64,000 nt of DNA from Geopsychrobacteraceae bacterium (GTDB lineage Bacteria; Desulfobacterota; Desulfuromonadia; Desulfuromonadales; Geopsychrobacteraceae): contig CAXXTB010000001.1 of the NCBI GenBank assembly GCA_963676795.2, positions 128,001-192,000 on the forward strand, in the 5' to 3' direction. Below, piece by piece: positions 30,412-41,554 of the stretch; position 1 is the stretch's first letter, and each line of letters opens with the position of its first letter. The translations under genes were made by a program, and so were the position numbers. The notes under the pieces are model-generated. The model did not search any database, was not told where the DNA came from, and saw only the letters and a list, made by a program, of their open reading frames with translations.

Positions 30412-30753
30412 TTAATTCGCCATCGGCTGGGCCCGTTCACGGTAACGGGCGGGAACCTCCTTGAGACTGTCGGTAAAATGAATCTCACCGAAGTCATCAA
30501 CATAGAGGTAGCGCTTTAACTGCTCTTTGGCCGGTGAATTCTGGCTGTCGCCGATCAACCCCTCGACACTCTGGCCGGTACTGGCCGAGCCCGCAAACAG
30601 CCCGGTCAGGCGCTGGCGGAAATCGACATAAAACTCCTGGGTTTCTTTGAGCCCGGGTGCTGTCATCGTCAGGGCAAACATCATCCGGTCAAAACCGACG
30701 CAAATCGCCAGAATGACGAGGATCCAGAGGATAAATTTAATCAGTTTCAGCAT
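30412..30753 (-). CDS. Membrane-anchored hypothetical protein (DUF4124-like C-terminus)
   Basis: N-terminal TM helix; YLYVDDFGEIHFTD..VPARYR. Confidence 0.65.
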   Translation of the reverse strand: MLKLIKFILWILVILAICVGFDRMMFALTMTAPGLKETQEFYVDFRQRLTGLFAGSASTGQSVEGLIGDSQNSPAKEQLKRYLYVDDFGEIHFTDSLKEVPARYRERAQPMAN

Positions 30754-30903
30754 GAAAACTCCCTGATAAAGTCAGAATAATACTGACTAAAGTCGATAAT
30801 TACAAGCCGCTCTCCGCCCCACATGCAGGCGACTTCCATTTTCCCAGAGGATATGCCAGAATGCTCATTCGTTAATATAACTTCCGAAGGAGAAAGCGAT
30901 ATA

Positions 30904-31842
30904 ATGAGCGACACCGATTACGACGTAATTATCGTCGGGGGTGGGCCTGCCGGCATGACGGCCGGACTCTACGCCTCCCGAGCCTGTCTGAAGACGCTGC
31001 TGCTGGAAAAAATGATCATGGGTGGCCAGATCATGACAACAACCAAGATCGAAAACTGGCCCGGTTTTCCGGGGGGGATCGACGGCCCGGAACTGATGAG
31101 TCGCTTTCAGGAGCACTGCACCGAATTCGGTCTGGAAACTGGCTACGGGACGGTCGAAAAAATCATCGACAACGGAACCACCAAGACCCTGGTCGTCGAC
31201 GGTAAGGAAAAAACCTGCAAGGCTGTCATCGTCACAACCGGTGTCGTCGCCAGAAAACTTGGCGTTGAAAAAGAGACTGAACTGGTCGGCCGCGGCGTCT
31301 CCTACTGTGCGACCTGTGACGGCGCATTCTTCCGCAATGTACCGATCGCCGTTGTCGGCGGCGGTGACACCGCAGCCGAAGAGGCCCTGTTCCTGACCCG
31401 CTTCGCCAGCAAGGTCTACCTGATTCATCGCCGCGACAAGCTGCGCGCCACCAAAATCCTCCAGGATCGGGTCATGAACAACAGCAAGATCGAGGTCAAG
31501 TGGAACTCGGTCGTCGATGAACTGGAGTCCGACACCAGCGGCCTGACCGGCATCGTGCTGCGCAACACCGAAAGCGACGCCAAAGAATCGATCGAAGTCA
31601 GTGGTATGTTCGTCGCCGTCGGCGTGACCCCGACCACCGAATTGGTCAAAGGGCTGCTCACGCTCGATGACGAAGGCTATATCAAGGCAGGTGAAGATAC
31701 CCACACCAATATCAAAGGTATCTATGCGGCTGGAGACTGCCGGACCAATGTCCTCAAGCAGGTTTCGACAGCTGTCGGCGATGGTGCCATCGCCGCCATC
31801 ATGGCCGAAAAATACCTGGAAGAACTTGAATACCAAGAATAA
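30904..31842 (+). CDS. trxB: Thioredoxin reductase
   Basis: GGGPAG, CATCDG, GGGDTA, HRRD, AAGD; ATG 30904 downstream of AAGGAG. Confidence 0.96.
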   Translation: MSDTDYDVIIVGGGPAGMTAGLYASRACLKTLLLEKMIMGGQIMTTTKIENWPGFPGGIDGPELMSRFQEHCTEFGLETGYGTVEKIIDNGTTKTLVVDGKEKTCKAVIVTTGVVARKLGVEKETELVGRGVSYCATCDGAFFRNVPIAVVGGGDTAAEEALFLTRFASKVYLIHRRDKLRATKILQDRVMNNSKIEVKWNSVVDELESDTSGLTGIVLRNTESDAKESIEVSGMFVAVGVTPTTELVKGLLTLDDEGYIKAGEDTHTNIKGIYAAGDCRTNVLKQVSTAVGDGAIAAIMAEKYLEELEYQE

Positions 31843-31868
31843 TATCGATAATATATTAAGTACTCATT

Positions 31869-31901
31869 AGGGCTGAAGATAATGACTTCAGCCCTTTTTT
31901 T
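31869..31901 (+). terminator. Intrinsic terminator after trxB
   Basis: AGGGCTGAAG-ATAATGA-CTTCAGCCCT followed by a T-run. Confidence 0.85.
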
Positions 31902-31927
31902 AATTCAGCTCAGGGGAGGGGGACCGA

Positions 31928-33457
31928 ATGCTAGCAAGAGTACTTTCCGGCGCACTGATCGGTATCGATGCCTATCCGGTTGAGGTTGAGGTCGACATCG
32001 CCCAGGGGCTGCCCCAATTTTCGACCGTCGGTCTGCCTGAAGGCGCGGTCAAGGAGAGCAAGGATCGGGTCAAGTCGGCGATCAAGAATTCCGGCTACAA
32101 TTTTCCCAACCGACGCATCACCATCAACTTGGCCCCGGCCGACATTCGCAAGGATGGTGCCGCATTCGATCTGCCGATCGCCATCGGCCTGCTGGCGGCA
32201 GGCGGTCTGATCGACCAGGAACGGCTCAAGGATTTCGTCCTGCTCGGTGAACTGTCCCTCGATGGCCGCATCAAGCCGGTCCGCGGCGTCCTGCCGATCG
32301 CCGTCAGCGCCCGAGACTGGGGTCCCGGGGCAATGATCCTGCCTGAGGAGAATGCCGAGGAAGGGGCGATCGTCTCAGGTCCGGTCATCTATGCCGTCAA
32401 GGATCTGGGCGAAGCGGTCGCCCTGCTCAATGGCGAACGGCTGTTCACCCCCTATCAAGCCACCAGCAGGATGGCAGATGTCACCTCAGCAATTGATGGC
32501 GATGATTTTTCCGAGGTACGCGGCCAGGAGCATGTCAAGCGGGCCCTGGAAGTCGCTGCGGCTGGCAGCCACAATATTCTGATGGCAGGGCCGCCTGGCA
32601 GCGGCAAGACCATGCTCGCCCGCCGGCTGCCGACCATTCTCCCCGATTTCAGCTTCGAAGAAGCGCTGGAGACGACCAAGATTCACTCGGTCGCCGGACT
32701 GCTGTCACAGCACGACGCCCTGGTCCGTCGGCGTCCGTTCCGCTCGCCCCATCACACCATATCGGATGCCGGTCTGATCGGCGGTGGCAGCTATCCGCGC
32801 CCGGGGGAAGTGTCGCTGGCCCATAAAGGCATTTTGTTCTTGGACGAATTTCCTGAATTCAAAAAGAACGTCCTCGAAATGCTGCGCCAGCCGCTCGAAG
32901 ACGGCCAGGTCAGCATCAGCAGGGCGGCCTTGAGCCTGACCTATCCCGCCGATTTCATGCTGGTTGCATCAATGAATCCCTGCCCCTGCGGCTTTCTCGG
33001 CGACCCGCAACATGACTGCAGCTGCACCCCGACGATGATCCAGCGCTATCGCAGCAAACTCTCCGGTCCGCTGCTTGACCGCATCGACCTGCATGTCGAT
33101 GTGCCCCGCGTTGCCCACCGGGAGCTGACCGACACCCGCCCGGCAGAGAAGAGTGCAACCATCCGCGCACGGGTCAACCAGGCACGCCAGATCCAACACC
33201 TGCGGCTGAAGCCCTTCGGTCTGCAGGCCAACAGCCAGATGCAGGCGCGCCACATCCGCAAGTTCTGCGTTCTCGATCAGGCCGGAGAAACACTGATGGA
33301 ACAGGTGACCGACCGCATGGGGCTGTCGGCACGCAGCTATACCCGGATTCTCAAACTGGCCCGCACCATCGCCGACCTGGCCTGTTCCGAACAGATCGCA
33401 CAACAGCACCTGGCCGAAGCGATCCGCTATCGCGGTCTGGACAGAAAAACCTCATAA
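31928..33457 (+). CDS. comM: YifB/ComM Mg-chelatase-like AAA+ ATPase
   Basis: INLAPAD, GPPGSGKT, PFRSPHHT, LFLDE, NPCPCG, SGPLLDRID. Confidence 0.92.
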   Translation: MLARVLSGALIGIDAYPVEVEVDIAQGLPQFSTVGLPEGAVKESKDRVKSAIKNSGYNFPNRRITINLAPADIRKDGAAFDLPIAIGLLAAGGLIDQERLKDFVLLGELSLDGRIKPVRGVLPIAVSARDWGPGAMILPEENAEEGAIVSGPVIYAVKDLGEAVALLNGERLFTPYQATSRMADVTSAIDGDDFSEVRGQEHVKRALEVAAAGSHNILMAGPPGSGKTMLARRLPTILPDFSFEEALETTKIHSVAGLLSQHDALVRRRPFRSPHHTISDAGLIGGGSYPRPGEVSLAHKGILFLDEFPEFKKNVLEMLRQPLEDGQVSISRAALSLTYPADFMLVASMNPCPCGFLGDPQHDCSCTPTMIQRYRSKLSGPLLDRIDLHVDVPRVAHRELTDTRPAEKSATIRARVNQARQIQHLRLKPFGLQANSQMQARHIRKFCVLDQAGETLMEQVTDRMGLSARSYTRILKLARTIADLACSEQIAQQHLAEAIRYRGLDRKTS

Positions 33458-33501
33458 GATATTAGAATGGATCGTTTCAGGGGGAGGGGAAAAATCCCGC
33501 T

Positions 33502-35370
33502 TTAGCGCTTACAGAGCAGCACCAGAACGGTCAGGTCATCCGGGGCATCGATGCTGCAGGGGACCAGACCGGTCAGCCGCGACATCATTTCATTGGCGCT
33601 CTTTGCCCCGTCCAGGTGCGCGGAGAGGGTCGTGGTATCGGTCTGACGTTCGGGCAGGGCATCGATCAGCCCGTCACTGTAGAGGATCAGGGCATCCCCC
33701 GGCCTGAAGGTGACCAGCCCCTCTTCAAACTCTTCCGTCTCGCAGACTCCCAGCGGCAGCCCGCGCGGCAGCAGCTCCTCAACCTGGCCGTCCCTGCGAC
33801 GGACAAAGACATGGCCATGGCCGCAGTCAACAAAACGTAGCGAGCGGATCTCGACGTCGAGCTGGGCATAGAACAGGGTGACAAAACTGTCGGCGTTGAA
33901 GAGGTCCTGGCGCAGAGCCTTTTCCGCGTGCTGCAGGGCTGTTCTGGGGCTGTTCTTGCGGGCGACACCGCGCAGCACCGACCGGACCGTGGCCATCAGC
34001 ATCGCCGCCGCGAGCCCCTTGCCCATGACATCGCCGAGGGTGAAGGTGAGAAATTCGGGGCCGGTCTTCTGCCAGTCGTAGAAATCGCCGGCGACGTGTG
34101 ACGCCGGACGGCAGCTGGCGGCAATCTCAAACCCTTTGAGCTTCGGCACCTCGGTCGGCAGCAGCTTCTGCTGCAGCTGCGCCGCGTAGTCGAGCTCGAC
34201 CTGCAGCTTGTAACGCCGCTCTTCACTGTTGCGCAGCGCCTCCTCATCCTGCTTGCGCCGGGTCAGGTCACGGTGAATGCCGAGAAACAGCTTCCCCTTG
34301 CGCAGACGGATCATGCCGAGCACCACCTCTACCGGGAAATCGCTGCCATCCTTGCGCCGGTGCAGCGCTTCAAAGATCACCGATTGACCACGCTGCAGCG
34401 GTTTCCAGTAGCGTCTGACATGCTGATCGTCGCTGAAACCGGGATCGATATCGGCTACGCTCATGGTCAACAGCTCCTCGCGGCCGTAACCGAGCTGATT
34501 GCAGGCGGCCTGATTGACATCGACAAAATGCCCCCCGGCATCCATAAGAAAGATAGAATCGCTGGCCTGATCGACCAGCGCCCGGAACTGCTCCTCGCTC
34601 TCCTGCAACTGCTTACGCTCGGTAATATCCTGGACCCAGAGGATCAGTTCGTTACGCCCCGGCACCGGCGTAGCGAACATGAAGATATTGGCATCCTCAT
34701 CGCGGCCGGTGACAATCGGCAGCTGCCAGGTCATACGGGCCGGATCACCACTGCGGATATCTGCACAAATCAGATCGGTCAGCTGATGACAGAGTTCCTT
34801 CTCCGGAACGGCATGAGCGAGAAAACCGGGCAGATCGGTCAGAAAATCACGTTTCCAGCCGAGGATCTCTTCGATTTTGCGATTGAGATACTGAATGATC
34901 AGGGCATCGAGGGAGAGGACCACCAGTCCGATCGGCAGGTGATCCATGATGATTTCGATAAATTCAGAACGTTCTTCGAGAGCCGCATCCAGTCTGGCCA
35001 GCTCCGCTTCGGATGACGTGATTTTTCCACCGCACGAGTTCTCGTCCTGCAGAGTCAGCACCAGTTTGGTCCGCTCATCGACACTGATCGTTTTGACCAG
35101 CAAGTCAAAATATTGCAGCTCGCCGTCCTTCATCAAGGACCAGGTCAACTGCTGTGGCTCACCATTCAGGGCCTTCCACAGGTAGACCTGCAACAGCTCC
35201 ATCGAGGTATGATCAGCGGAAGGAAGGCTTTCCAGGGTGTGACCGATCAGGTCATCGCGTGACACCCCGAGCATGGCGCAGGCTTTCTGATTGCAGTCCT
35301 CAATGACCCCGTCGAGCAGGATTACCCCGAGATCGAGTATTTCAAGAATATGGCGATGCCCCATAACCAC
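33502..35370 (-). CDS. Multi-PAS sensor with SpoIIE/PP2C phosphatase domain (RsbU/RsbP-like)
   Basis: PAS motifs (NQAACNQLGYGREEL, RKDGSDFPVEV); GDFYD, GDVMGKG, YSDGL, DDLT. Confidence 0.88.
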   Translation of the reverse strand: MVMGHRHILEILDLGVILLDGVIEDCNQKACAMLGVSRDDLIGHTLESLPSADHTSMELLQVYLWKALNGEPQQLTWSLMKDGELQYFDLLVKTISVDERTKLVLTLQDENSCGGKITSSEAELARLDAALEERSEFIEIIMDHLPIGLVVLSLDALIIQYLNRKIEEILGWKRDFLTDLPGFLAHAVPEKELCHQLTDLICADIRSGDPARMTWQLPIVTGRDEDANIFMFATPVPGRNELILWVQDITERKQLQESEEQFRALVDQASDSIFLMDAGGHFVDVNQAACNQLGYGREELLTMSVADIDPGFSDDQHVRRYWKPLQRGQSVIFEALHRRKDGSDFPVEVVLGMIRLRKGKLFLGIHRDLTRRKQDEEALRNSEERRYKLQVELDYAAQLQQKLLPTEVPKLKGFEIAASCRPASHVAGDFYDWQKTGPEFLTFTLGDVMGKGLAAAMLMATVRSVLRGVARKNSPRTALQHAEKALRQDLFNADSFVTLFYAQLDVEIRSLRFVDCGHGHVFVRRRDGQVEELLPRGLPLGVCETEEFEEGLVTFRPGDALILYSDGLIDALPERQTDTTTLSAHLDGAKSANEMMSRLTGLVPCSIDAPDDLTVLVLLCKR

Positions 35371-35496
35371 CTGATATCTGTAACAACCCTTGCAAACGGC
35401 TCATAATGCAGATTCACCGTTGAATCTGACATTATGCTTCAACAATAGCATAAGGCCACCCGAAGACCCAGCTTCAGGTGGCCGCAAACGGTTGCA

Positions 35497-36453
35497 TTAA
35501 CCAAGACAATGGATCTTGGGACTGAAAAAATCACTGCTGACGGCACTGCCGACGTTATTGATACGGGTCTGGGTATTATCCAGATACTCATGCAGCCCCG
35601 ACTCAAAGACATCTTCCAGCGCGGTGTACTGGAACTCTGCCAGCAGACGCCCAAGGGTCTGCTCAGAGGAGTTGAGGAACGACCCCTGGCGGCTGCCGGT
35701 GATATGGTTCAGTGAAGCCATCGCCGTTGCCAGACAGTAGTGGATCGCCCGCGGGAAGTGGCGGTCGAGCAGCAGGAATTCGACGATCTTCTGCGGATCA
35801 ATGCGGCCATGGCGCTTGCGGTACATCTCAAAGGCGCTGGCAGAACGCAGCAGCGCGGTCCAGAGAATATTGTCATAGGAGCTGCCGACATAGTCGACCG
35901 ACGGCAGCAATATGAAATACTTGACGTCGAGGATCCGCGAGGTCTTGTCGGCGCGCTCGAGCATGCGCCCCAAACGGCCGAAGTGCCAGCCTTCACCGTG
36001 ATTCATGGTCGAATCGGTAATGCCGATAAAGGTATGGCTGGCGGTCATGATCTCGACGAAGAACTTATGGGGCAGATCCATGCTCGAGGCCCCGGCAGCA
36101 TCGTTCATCATCAGGTAGAAGCTGTTGAGCTGCTCCCACATCTCCGAACTGATATACTCGCGGATCGACCGGGCATTCTCACGCGCGGCGCGCACGCAGG
36201 AGAAGATCGAGTTCGGATTGTTGCGGTCAAAGGTCAAAAACTCGATCGCCTTCTCGCGGGTCGCCACACCGTAGCGCTCGCGGAACAGCTCGTGGTCCCC
36301 GGTCGTATTGATCAGCGGCTGCCACTGATCGCTGGCGCTGTTGGGAATGTCGAGGGTCATATGATAGTTGGCATCGATGAAGCGGGCGACGTTTTCAGCC
36401 CGTTCGATGTAGCGACCCAGCCAGTAGATCGAATTGGCGACGCGACTTAACAT
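35497..36453 (-). CDS. Alpha-E domain protein (DUF403)
   Basis: [36 protein letters not shown]. Confidence 0.9.
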   Translation of the reverse strand: MLSRVANSIYWLGRYIERAENVARFIDANYHMTLDIPNSASDQWQPLINTTGDHELFRERYGVATREKAIEFLTFDRNNPNSIFSCVRAARENARSIREYISSEMWEQLNSFYLMMNDAAGASSMDLPHKFFVEIMTASHTFIGITDSTMNHGEGWHFGRLGRMLERADKTSRILDVKYFILLPSVDYVGSSYDNILWTALLRSASAFEMYRKRHGRIDPQKIVEFLLLDRHFPRAIHYCLATAMASLNHITGSRQGSFLNSSEQTLGRLLAEFQYTALEDVFESGLHEYLDNTQTRINNVGSAVSSDFFSPKIHCLG

Positions 36454-37940
36454 ATCTCTCCCTCCTGCTTGAAAGCCATCCCGCTGGCGGGAAGATCTGT
36501 ATCGGTATCTTCGAGGACCCAGGTATCCTTGCTGCCGCCCCCCTGCGATGAGTTGACGACCAGCGAACCCTTCTTCAATGCGACACGGGTCAGACCGCCC
36601 GGCATGACATAGATATCCTTGGTTCCGTAGAGAACGTAGGGGCGCAGATCGACGTGGCGCCCTTCGAAATGATCATCGACCATGACCGGTACCCGTGATA
36701 AGGCCAGGGTCGGCTGGGCGATATAGGTGCGTGGCTTGGCCTCAATACGCCGGCGGAACTCGTCACGCTCGGCAGCTGTCGAGTGCGGGCCGACCAGCAT
36801 GCCGTAACCGCCTGACTCGTTGACCGCCTTGACGACCAGCTTGTCGAGATTTTCCAGCACATACTTGCGGTCATGGTCGCGCCAGCAGGCGTAGGTCGGC
36901 ACGTTACGGATGATCGGGTCTTCACCCAGATAGTATTTGATGATCTCCGGGACATAAGCATAAACCGCCTTGTCGTCGGCAACCCCGGTGCCCGGCGCGT
37001 TGGCGAGGGTGACATTCCCCTTGCGGTAGGCGTCCATCAGCCCGGGCACGCCAAGCAGCGAATCGGGACGGAAAGCAGTCGGGTCCATGAAGTCGTCATC
37101 GATCCGCCGGTAGATGACGTCGACCCGCTCCAGCCCCTTGGTCGTCTGCAGCATGACCTCGTTGCGATGAACGATCAGGTCCCCCCCTTCGACCAGCTGG
37201 GCACCCATCTGCTGAGCCAGGAAACTGTGCTCGAAGTAGGCCGAGTTGTAGATCCCCGGCGTCCAGACCGCGACCACCGGTGAACGGACCCCGGCCGGGG
37301 CCGTCTCCTGGAGCATATCGAGCAGCCGGCTCGGATATTCGGTGACCGGCTGAACACGACAGGCATCGAAGACCATCGGCAGGGTGCGTTTCATGATCAT
37401 CCGGTTCTCGAGGACATAGGAGACCCCGGACGGGCAGCGCAGGTTGTCTTCCAGCACGTAATACTCGCCGTCAGCGTGACGGACCAGGTCGGTTCCGGTG
37501 ATATGGCACCAGACCCCGCCCGGCGGCTGCAGCCCGATGCAGGCCTTGCGGTAGCCGTCAGCCGAAAAAACCAGTTCGGCCGGAATCACCCCGTCCTTGA
37601 TGATCTTCTGGTCGTTGTAGACATCGTGGATAAACAGGTTCAGCGCATGGATGCGCTGCTTGAGTCCCAGTTCCATGCGCTGCCACTCCTGCGCCTGGAT
37701 GATGCGCGGAATGATATCGAAGGGGAAAATCTTTTCCGTCTGCGCCTCGTTACTGTAGACATTGAAGGTAATCCCCAGGTTGAGCAGCGCTTTCTCGGCC
37801 GCGATCTGACGATTCTGCAGTTCATGTTCAGGAAGCGTATTGATCCGCTCGATCAGCAGCTCGGCCCCGGGACGGGGTGTACCGTCCGCCTCGAACAGTT
37901 CGTCGTAGAAGCCTTCGGTATCGTAATCTTTAAATTGCAT
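36447..37940 (-). CDS. Circularly permuted type 2 ATP-grasp protein
   Basis: [53 protein letters not shown] 37940 after GGAGGA. Confidence 0.92.
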   Translation of the reverse strand: MQFKDYDTEGFYDELFEADGTPRPGAELLIERINTLPEHELQNRQIAAEKALLNLGITFNVYSNEAQTEKIFPFDIIPRIIQAQEWQRMELGLKQRIHALNLFIHDVYNDQKIIKDGVIPAELVFSADGYRKACIGLQPPGGVWCHITGTDLVRHADGEYYVLEDNLRCPSGVSYVLENRMIMKRTLPMVFDACRVQPVTEYPSRLLDMLQETAPAGVRSPVVAVWTPGIYNSAYFEHSFLAQQMGAQLVEGGDLIVHRNEVMLQTTKGLERVDVIYRRIDDDFMDPTAFRPDSLLGVPGLMDAYRKGNVTLANAPGTGVADDKAVYAYVPEIIKYYLGEDPIIRNVPTYACWRDHDRKYVLENLDKLVVKAVNESGGYGMLVGPHSTAAERDEFRRRIEAKPRTYIAQPTLALSRVPVMVDDHFEGRHVDLRPYVLYGTKDIYVMPGGLTRVALKKGSLVVNSSQGGGSKDTWVLEDTDTDLPASGMAFKQEGEIC

Positions 37941-38006
37941 GGATTCCTCCATTAAAACCTCAGGCAGGCCCGAGGACAAAGTACGGCTTAAACCACACCG
38001 CGCCAA

Positions 38007-38885
38007 TTAAGATATTCGGGCAACGTCGACCGAAACCATAACCATATGCTTGCCACCGCCGATGGTAATCCCCTTGAGCGGCGAGACATCGGAAAAGTCA
38101 CGCCCCCAGGCGACCGTGACATGCTGATCACCCGGTTTCACATTATTGGTCGGATCGAAATCGAGCCAGCCGATCTCCGGTGCATAAACCGCAAACCAGG
38201 CATGCGAGGCATCGGCCCCGACCAGCTTTACCTCCCCGGGCGGAGGGATGGTTTCCAGATAACCACTGACATAACGTGCCGCCAGCCCCAGGCTGCGCAG
38301 ACAGGCGATGGCGAAATGAGCAAAATCCTGACAGACTCCTTTTTTTCTTTTGATCACCTGCTCAAGCGGGGTTGACGCCGTTGTCACCCCGGGAGAATAA
38401 CTGAATTCGGTATAGATCCGTCTCATCAGATCGCTCACCGCCTGGGCAAACGGACGCCCGGGCGTGAAGGACTTCAGTCCGTAGGCGACCAGCTCCGGGT
38501 GAGCCGGGAGCAGCGGTGACGGATAGATAAAGGGAAAGATGTCACCGGCCGGCAAACTGCGATCCTTGACCAGCCGCTCGCGCACCTCTTCCCAACTGTA
38601 ACGGTCGGCCTGCTCGTAACGTTCAGGCCGTTCGCGGATCTCCAACTCACTGACGGCCGAGACGATCAATTTTTCATGCGCCTCCTGGATGGCGAAATGG
38701 GTCATCTGGTTGCCGAAGAAATCGGTACGCTCACGCAGATCGGCCGGTTGCGGCTCGACGCTCAGAGTAAAACTCTGACAGTCCTGCAGCGGAGTCTGAC
38801 GCGGGTGGAGGCAGGCCTGATTGCGGCACATCTGGACGCTGTAGCTGTAGCTGTAGCGGGTGGTGTGGGTGACCCGGTATCTCAT
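38007..38885 (-). CDS. Transglutaminase-like protein
   Basis: GVCQDFAH, ARYVSGY, SHAW, DFDPTN (Cys-His-Asp triad). Confidence 0.92.
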   Translation of the reverse strand: MRYRVTHTTRYSYSYSVQMCRNQACLHPRQTPLQDCQSFTLSVEPQPADLRERTDFFGNQMTHFAIQEAHEKLIVSAVSELEIRERPERYEQADRYSWEEVRERLVKDRSLPAGDIFPFIYPSPLLPAHPELVAYGLKSFTPGRPFAQAVSDLMRRIYTEFSYSPGVTTASTPLEQVIKRKKGVCQDFAHFAIACLRSLGLAARYVSGYLETIPPPGEVKLVGADASHAWFAVYAPEIGWLDFDPTNNVKPGDQHVTVAWGRDFSDVSPLKGITIGGGKHMVMVSVDVARIS

Positions 38886-41434
38886 GAGGCCAGCTCCTGA
38901 ATAACCGAACCGAGCTGCCGCGGCGCCTCTGTCGGACTGAAATAAAGTTCGGTCAGCAGGTTGGACAGCACTTCCAGCTGTTCCTGCTGCTGGGCCAGGG
39001 TCCTGTCAAGCAAAGCGTAGCGCCCCTCCTCGGTGACCTCAAGGATCAGCTCCTTGTGATCGATGGCATTCAGTTCCGAAATACAGTGCGAGATCTGTTT
39101 CTCGTCGCTGCGCGGGAAATTCCATGAGCGGTCGTTGGGAATCCCGCGGATATGCAGAGCCAGCTGGCGCAGCTGAAAGGCCAGGGTGCGCGGATAGTTC
39201 TCGTCGAAGAGCAGCAGCTCGAGGATGGTCGAAACCTCCATGAAGGAGCGGTAACGGCGGCGGAACACCAGCAAGCTGTTGCAGGTGCTCAGCACCGCCT
39301 CGAGGATCTGCGCCGAAACGGTCGGCCGCTGACCCGGCACCAGGGTCTCGCGCAGCAGGGCGATCAGATTGAGCGCCCGCTCGACCCGGCGACCGATATT
39401 GAGCATCAGCCAAGCCGTTTCCCGCGACATGTTTTCAAAAGCCTGACCGCTGATCGAGGTCAGCTGGATCACCAGCTGGTTGATCTGCTCGAACATCCTG
39501 CCGCTGCCGATCTGCTGGCGGGAGACCTTGGGATCCCAGTGTTTCTGGACCTGATCGATGACCCGCCAGGTGTCCTCGGGCAGCAGGTCGCGCACCGCAT
39601 AGGCCGCATAGCCCAGGCTGTTGAGGTTGGCGCGCAGACTGCCCGGGCGCTGCGGATCACGGATCAGCGAAAACAGCTCGCTGCGCGGATCGGCCAGTTT
39701 GGCCGCGGCATGTTGGCCGACAAAGCCGGGGTAGGTCTGGGTCACCTGGGTCAGCGCCTGAAGCAGCTGATTCAGGCAGCTCTGATCGTCCGGATCACGG
39801 AATTCGTTGACATCGCGCAGCTTGCCCAGGATGGTGCGCAGCAGGCGCGCCGTCTGTTCGCTGCGCTCGGCATAGCGGCCGGCCCAGAACAGGTTCTCCG
39901 CGGCCCGGCTCGGCAGGGCGCTGGACAGCGGTTTGATCAGCTGATCAGGACGCGCCAGGCGCCACAGGTTGACCTGCTTGTCGATCTCGCGGGTCAGTAC
40001 CCAGGTGTCCTTGATCGCCCCGCCCGGCTGGCTGGGGAACATCAGGTCGGCACTGGAGGAACGGACCCGGGTCATCCCCCCCGGCATCAGCGCATAGCTC
40101 TCTTCATGCTCGGTCATATAGGTACTGACCAGACCGTGGCGGGCACCGAGGGAGTCATTTTCCAGGGCCGGGTAAGAGGCAAACTGGACCACCTGCTGGC
40201 CGACAAACAGATGCGGATTGGCCTGAATCTCCGTTTTCAACCGCGCCTGCTGCTGGTCATCCAGCCCCCCCGGAACCAGATAGTTGAAGCCGGGCAAGGG
40301 GTGAATCGGCCGGATCAGCAGCTTGTCAATATGTTCAAGGACGTACCGGCATTCCTTCTTGTGGCCGCACCACCAGGTCGCAACCGACGGGATCAGCAGT
40401 TCTTCGCTGAAGAACTCCTTGCAGATCGCCGGCAGAAAAGCCATCAGCGCCGGGTTTTCGATCACCTGACTGCCGATCGAATTGGAGACGACCAGATTGC
40501 CGCAACGTACCGCCTCCAGCAGGCCGGGCACCCCGCAGAAAGAATCCCCGCCGAGCTCCAGCGGATCACTCAGTTCATCATCGATCCGGCTCAGGACCAC
40601 ATCGACCTGGCGCAGGCCTTCGACCGTCTTCAGCCACAGACACTGATCGCGCACGGTCAGATCCCCCCCCTGCACCAGCGGATAGCCAAGGTAGGCGGCC
40701 TGATAGGCATGCTCAAAGTAGGCCGGATGTTCAGGTCCCGGAGTGAGCAGGACAATGCGCGGATCCTGCTTGTTGTGACGTGCCATCCGCACCAGGTTGT
40801 TGCGCAGGGCGCGGAAATACATGGCCAGCCGGTGAACCTGAAAATCCTCAAAGATCTGCGGCAGGCTGTGGGTCATGATGATCCGCGTTTCCAGCGCATA
40901 GCCGGAGGCAAACGGCGGCTTGGCGAAATCGTTGACCACCCAGAACTGGCCATCGGAGCCCTTGGCCAGGTCGGCCGAGTAAAGGGTCAGATGCTTGTTG
41001 CGCCCTGCCTCGATGCCGACACAGGGGTAGAAAAATTTCTTGTGGGCGAAAACCAGCTCGGCCGGCAGAAAGCCCTGGCGGATCAGCTTCTGCTCACCGT
41101 AGATATCGGCCAGAATCAGGTTGAACAGTTCGGCACGCTGCAGCAGGCCGCGCTCGATCAGCGCCCACTCCTGTTCGTCGATGATCAACGGCAGCGGATC
41201 ATAGCTCCAGGCCCTCGACACCCGCGGATCACCGAAAACATTGTGGATCGCCCCGTTTTCACGCAGCAGCTGCTGAGCTTCCTTCTTGTGGCGGTTCAGG
41301 CGCCTCTCGCCCAGCCGGTCGATATTGCGGAACAGTCGCCGCCAGTGGGCCGGCAGATCAACGGCCTCTTTATAGACGCCACTGAAATGATTCATGTTCA
41401 GCCCGAGAATATGTTCACCATCTTCTGAGAACAC
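38882..41434 (-). CDS. Circularly permuted ATP-grasp fused to alpha-E domain
   Basis: DPLPL, YFEHAY, PSVATWWCG, MPGGMTR, KDTWV, then LPSRAAENLFWAGRYAER; start uncertain. Confidence 0.88.
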   Translation of the reverse strand: MFSEDGEHILGLNMNHFSGVYKEAVDLPAHWRRLFRNIDRLGERRLNRHKKEAQQLLRENGAIHNVFGDPRVSRAWSYDPLPLIIDEQEWALIERGLLQRAELFNLILADIYGEQKLIRQGFLPAELVFAHKKFFYPCVGIEAGRNKHLTLYSADLAKGSDGQFWVVNDFAKPPFASGYALETRIIMTHSLPQIFEDFQVHRLAMYFRALRNNLVRMARHNKQDPRIVLLTPGPEHPAYFEHAYQAAYLGYPLVQGGDLTVRDQCLWLKTVEGLRQVDVVLSRIDDELSDPLELGGDSFCGVPGLLEAVRCGNLVVSNSIGSQVIENPALMAFLPAICKEFFSEELLIPSVATWWCGHKKECRYVLEHIDKLLIRPIHPLPGFNYLVPGGLDDQQQARLKTEIQANPHLFVGQQVVQFASYPALENDSLGARHGLVSTYMTEHEESYALMPGGMTRVRSSSADLMFPSQPGGAIKDTWVLTREIDKQVNLWRLARPDQLIKPLSSALPSRAAENLFWAGRYAERSEQTARLLRTILGKLRDVNEFRDPDDQSCLNQLLQALTQVTQTYPGFVGQHAAAKLADPRSELFSLIRDPQRPGSLRANLNSLGYAAYAVRDLLPEDTWRVIDQVQKHWDPKVSRQQIGSGRMFEQINQLVIQLTSISGQAFENMSRETAWLMLNIGRRVERALNLIALLRETLVPGQRPTVSAQILEAVLSTCNSLLVFRRRYRSFMEVSTILELLLFDENYPRTLAFQLRQLALHIRGIPNDRSWNFPRSDEKQISHCISELNAIDHKELILEVTEEGRYALLDRTLAQQQEQLEVLSNLLTELYFSPTEAPRQLGSVIQELAS

Positions 41435-41493
41435 ATGTGACCTTTCTATTTAGTTTCTGTCCGAGAACGGCCATTTTCCGCCGTATCAATAAT

Positions 41494-41551
41494 ACCCCCC
41501 TGCTCGCAAACTCGCTTCCCCCCCATTTTTATAGGGGGGATTGAGGGGGGT
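41494..41551 (-). repeat. REP-like element, copy 4, adjoining a MITE-end fragment (41453-41483)
   Basis: Reverse complement of the consensus; neighbouring GTTTCTGTCCGAGAACGGCCATTTTCCGCCG matches the end of the 141-bp element. Confidence 0.88.
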
Positions 41552-41554
41552 GGT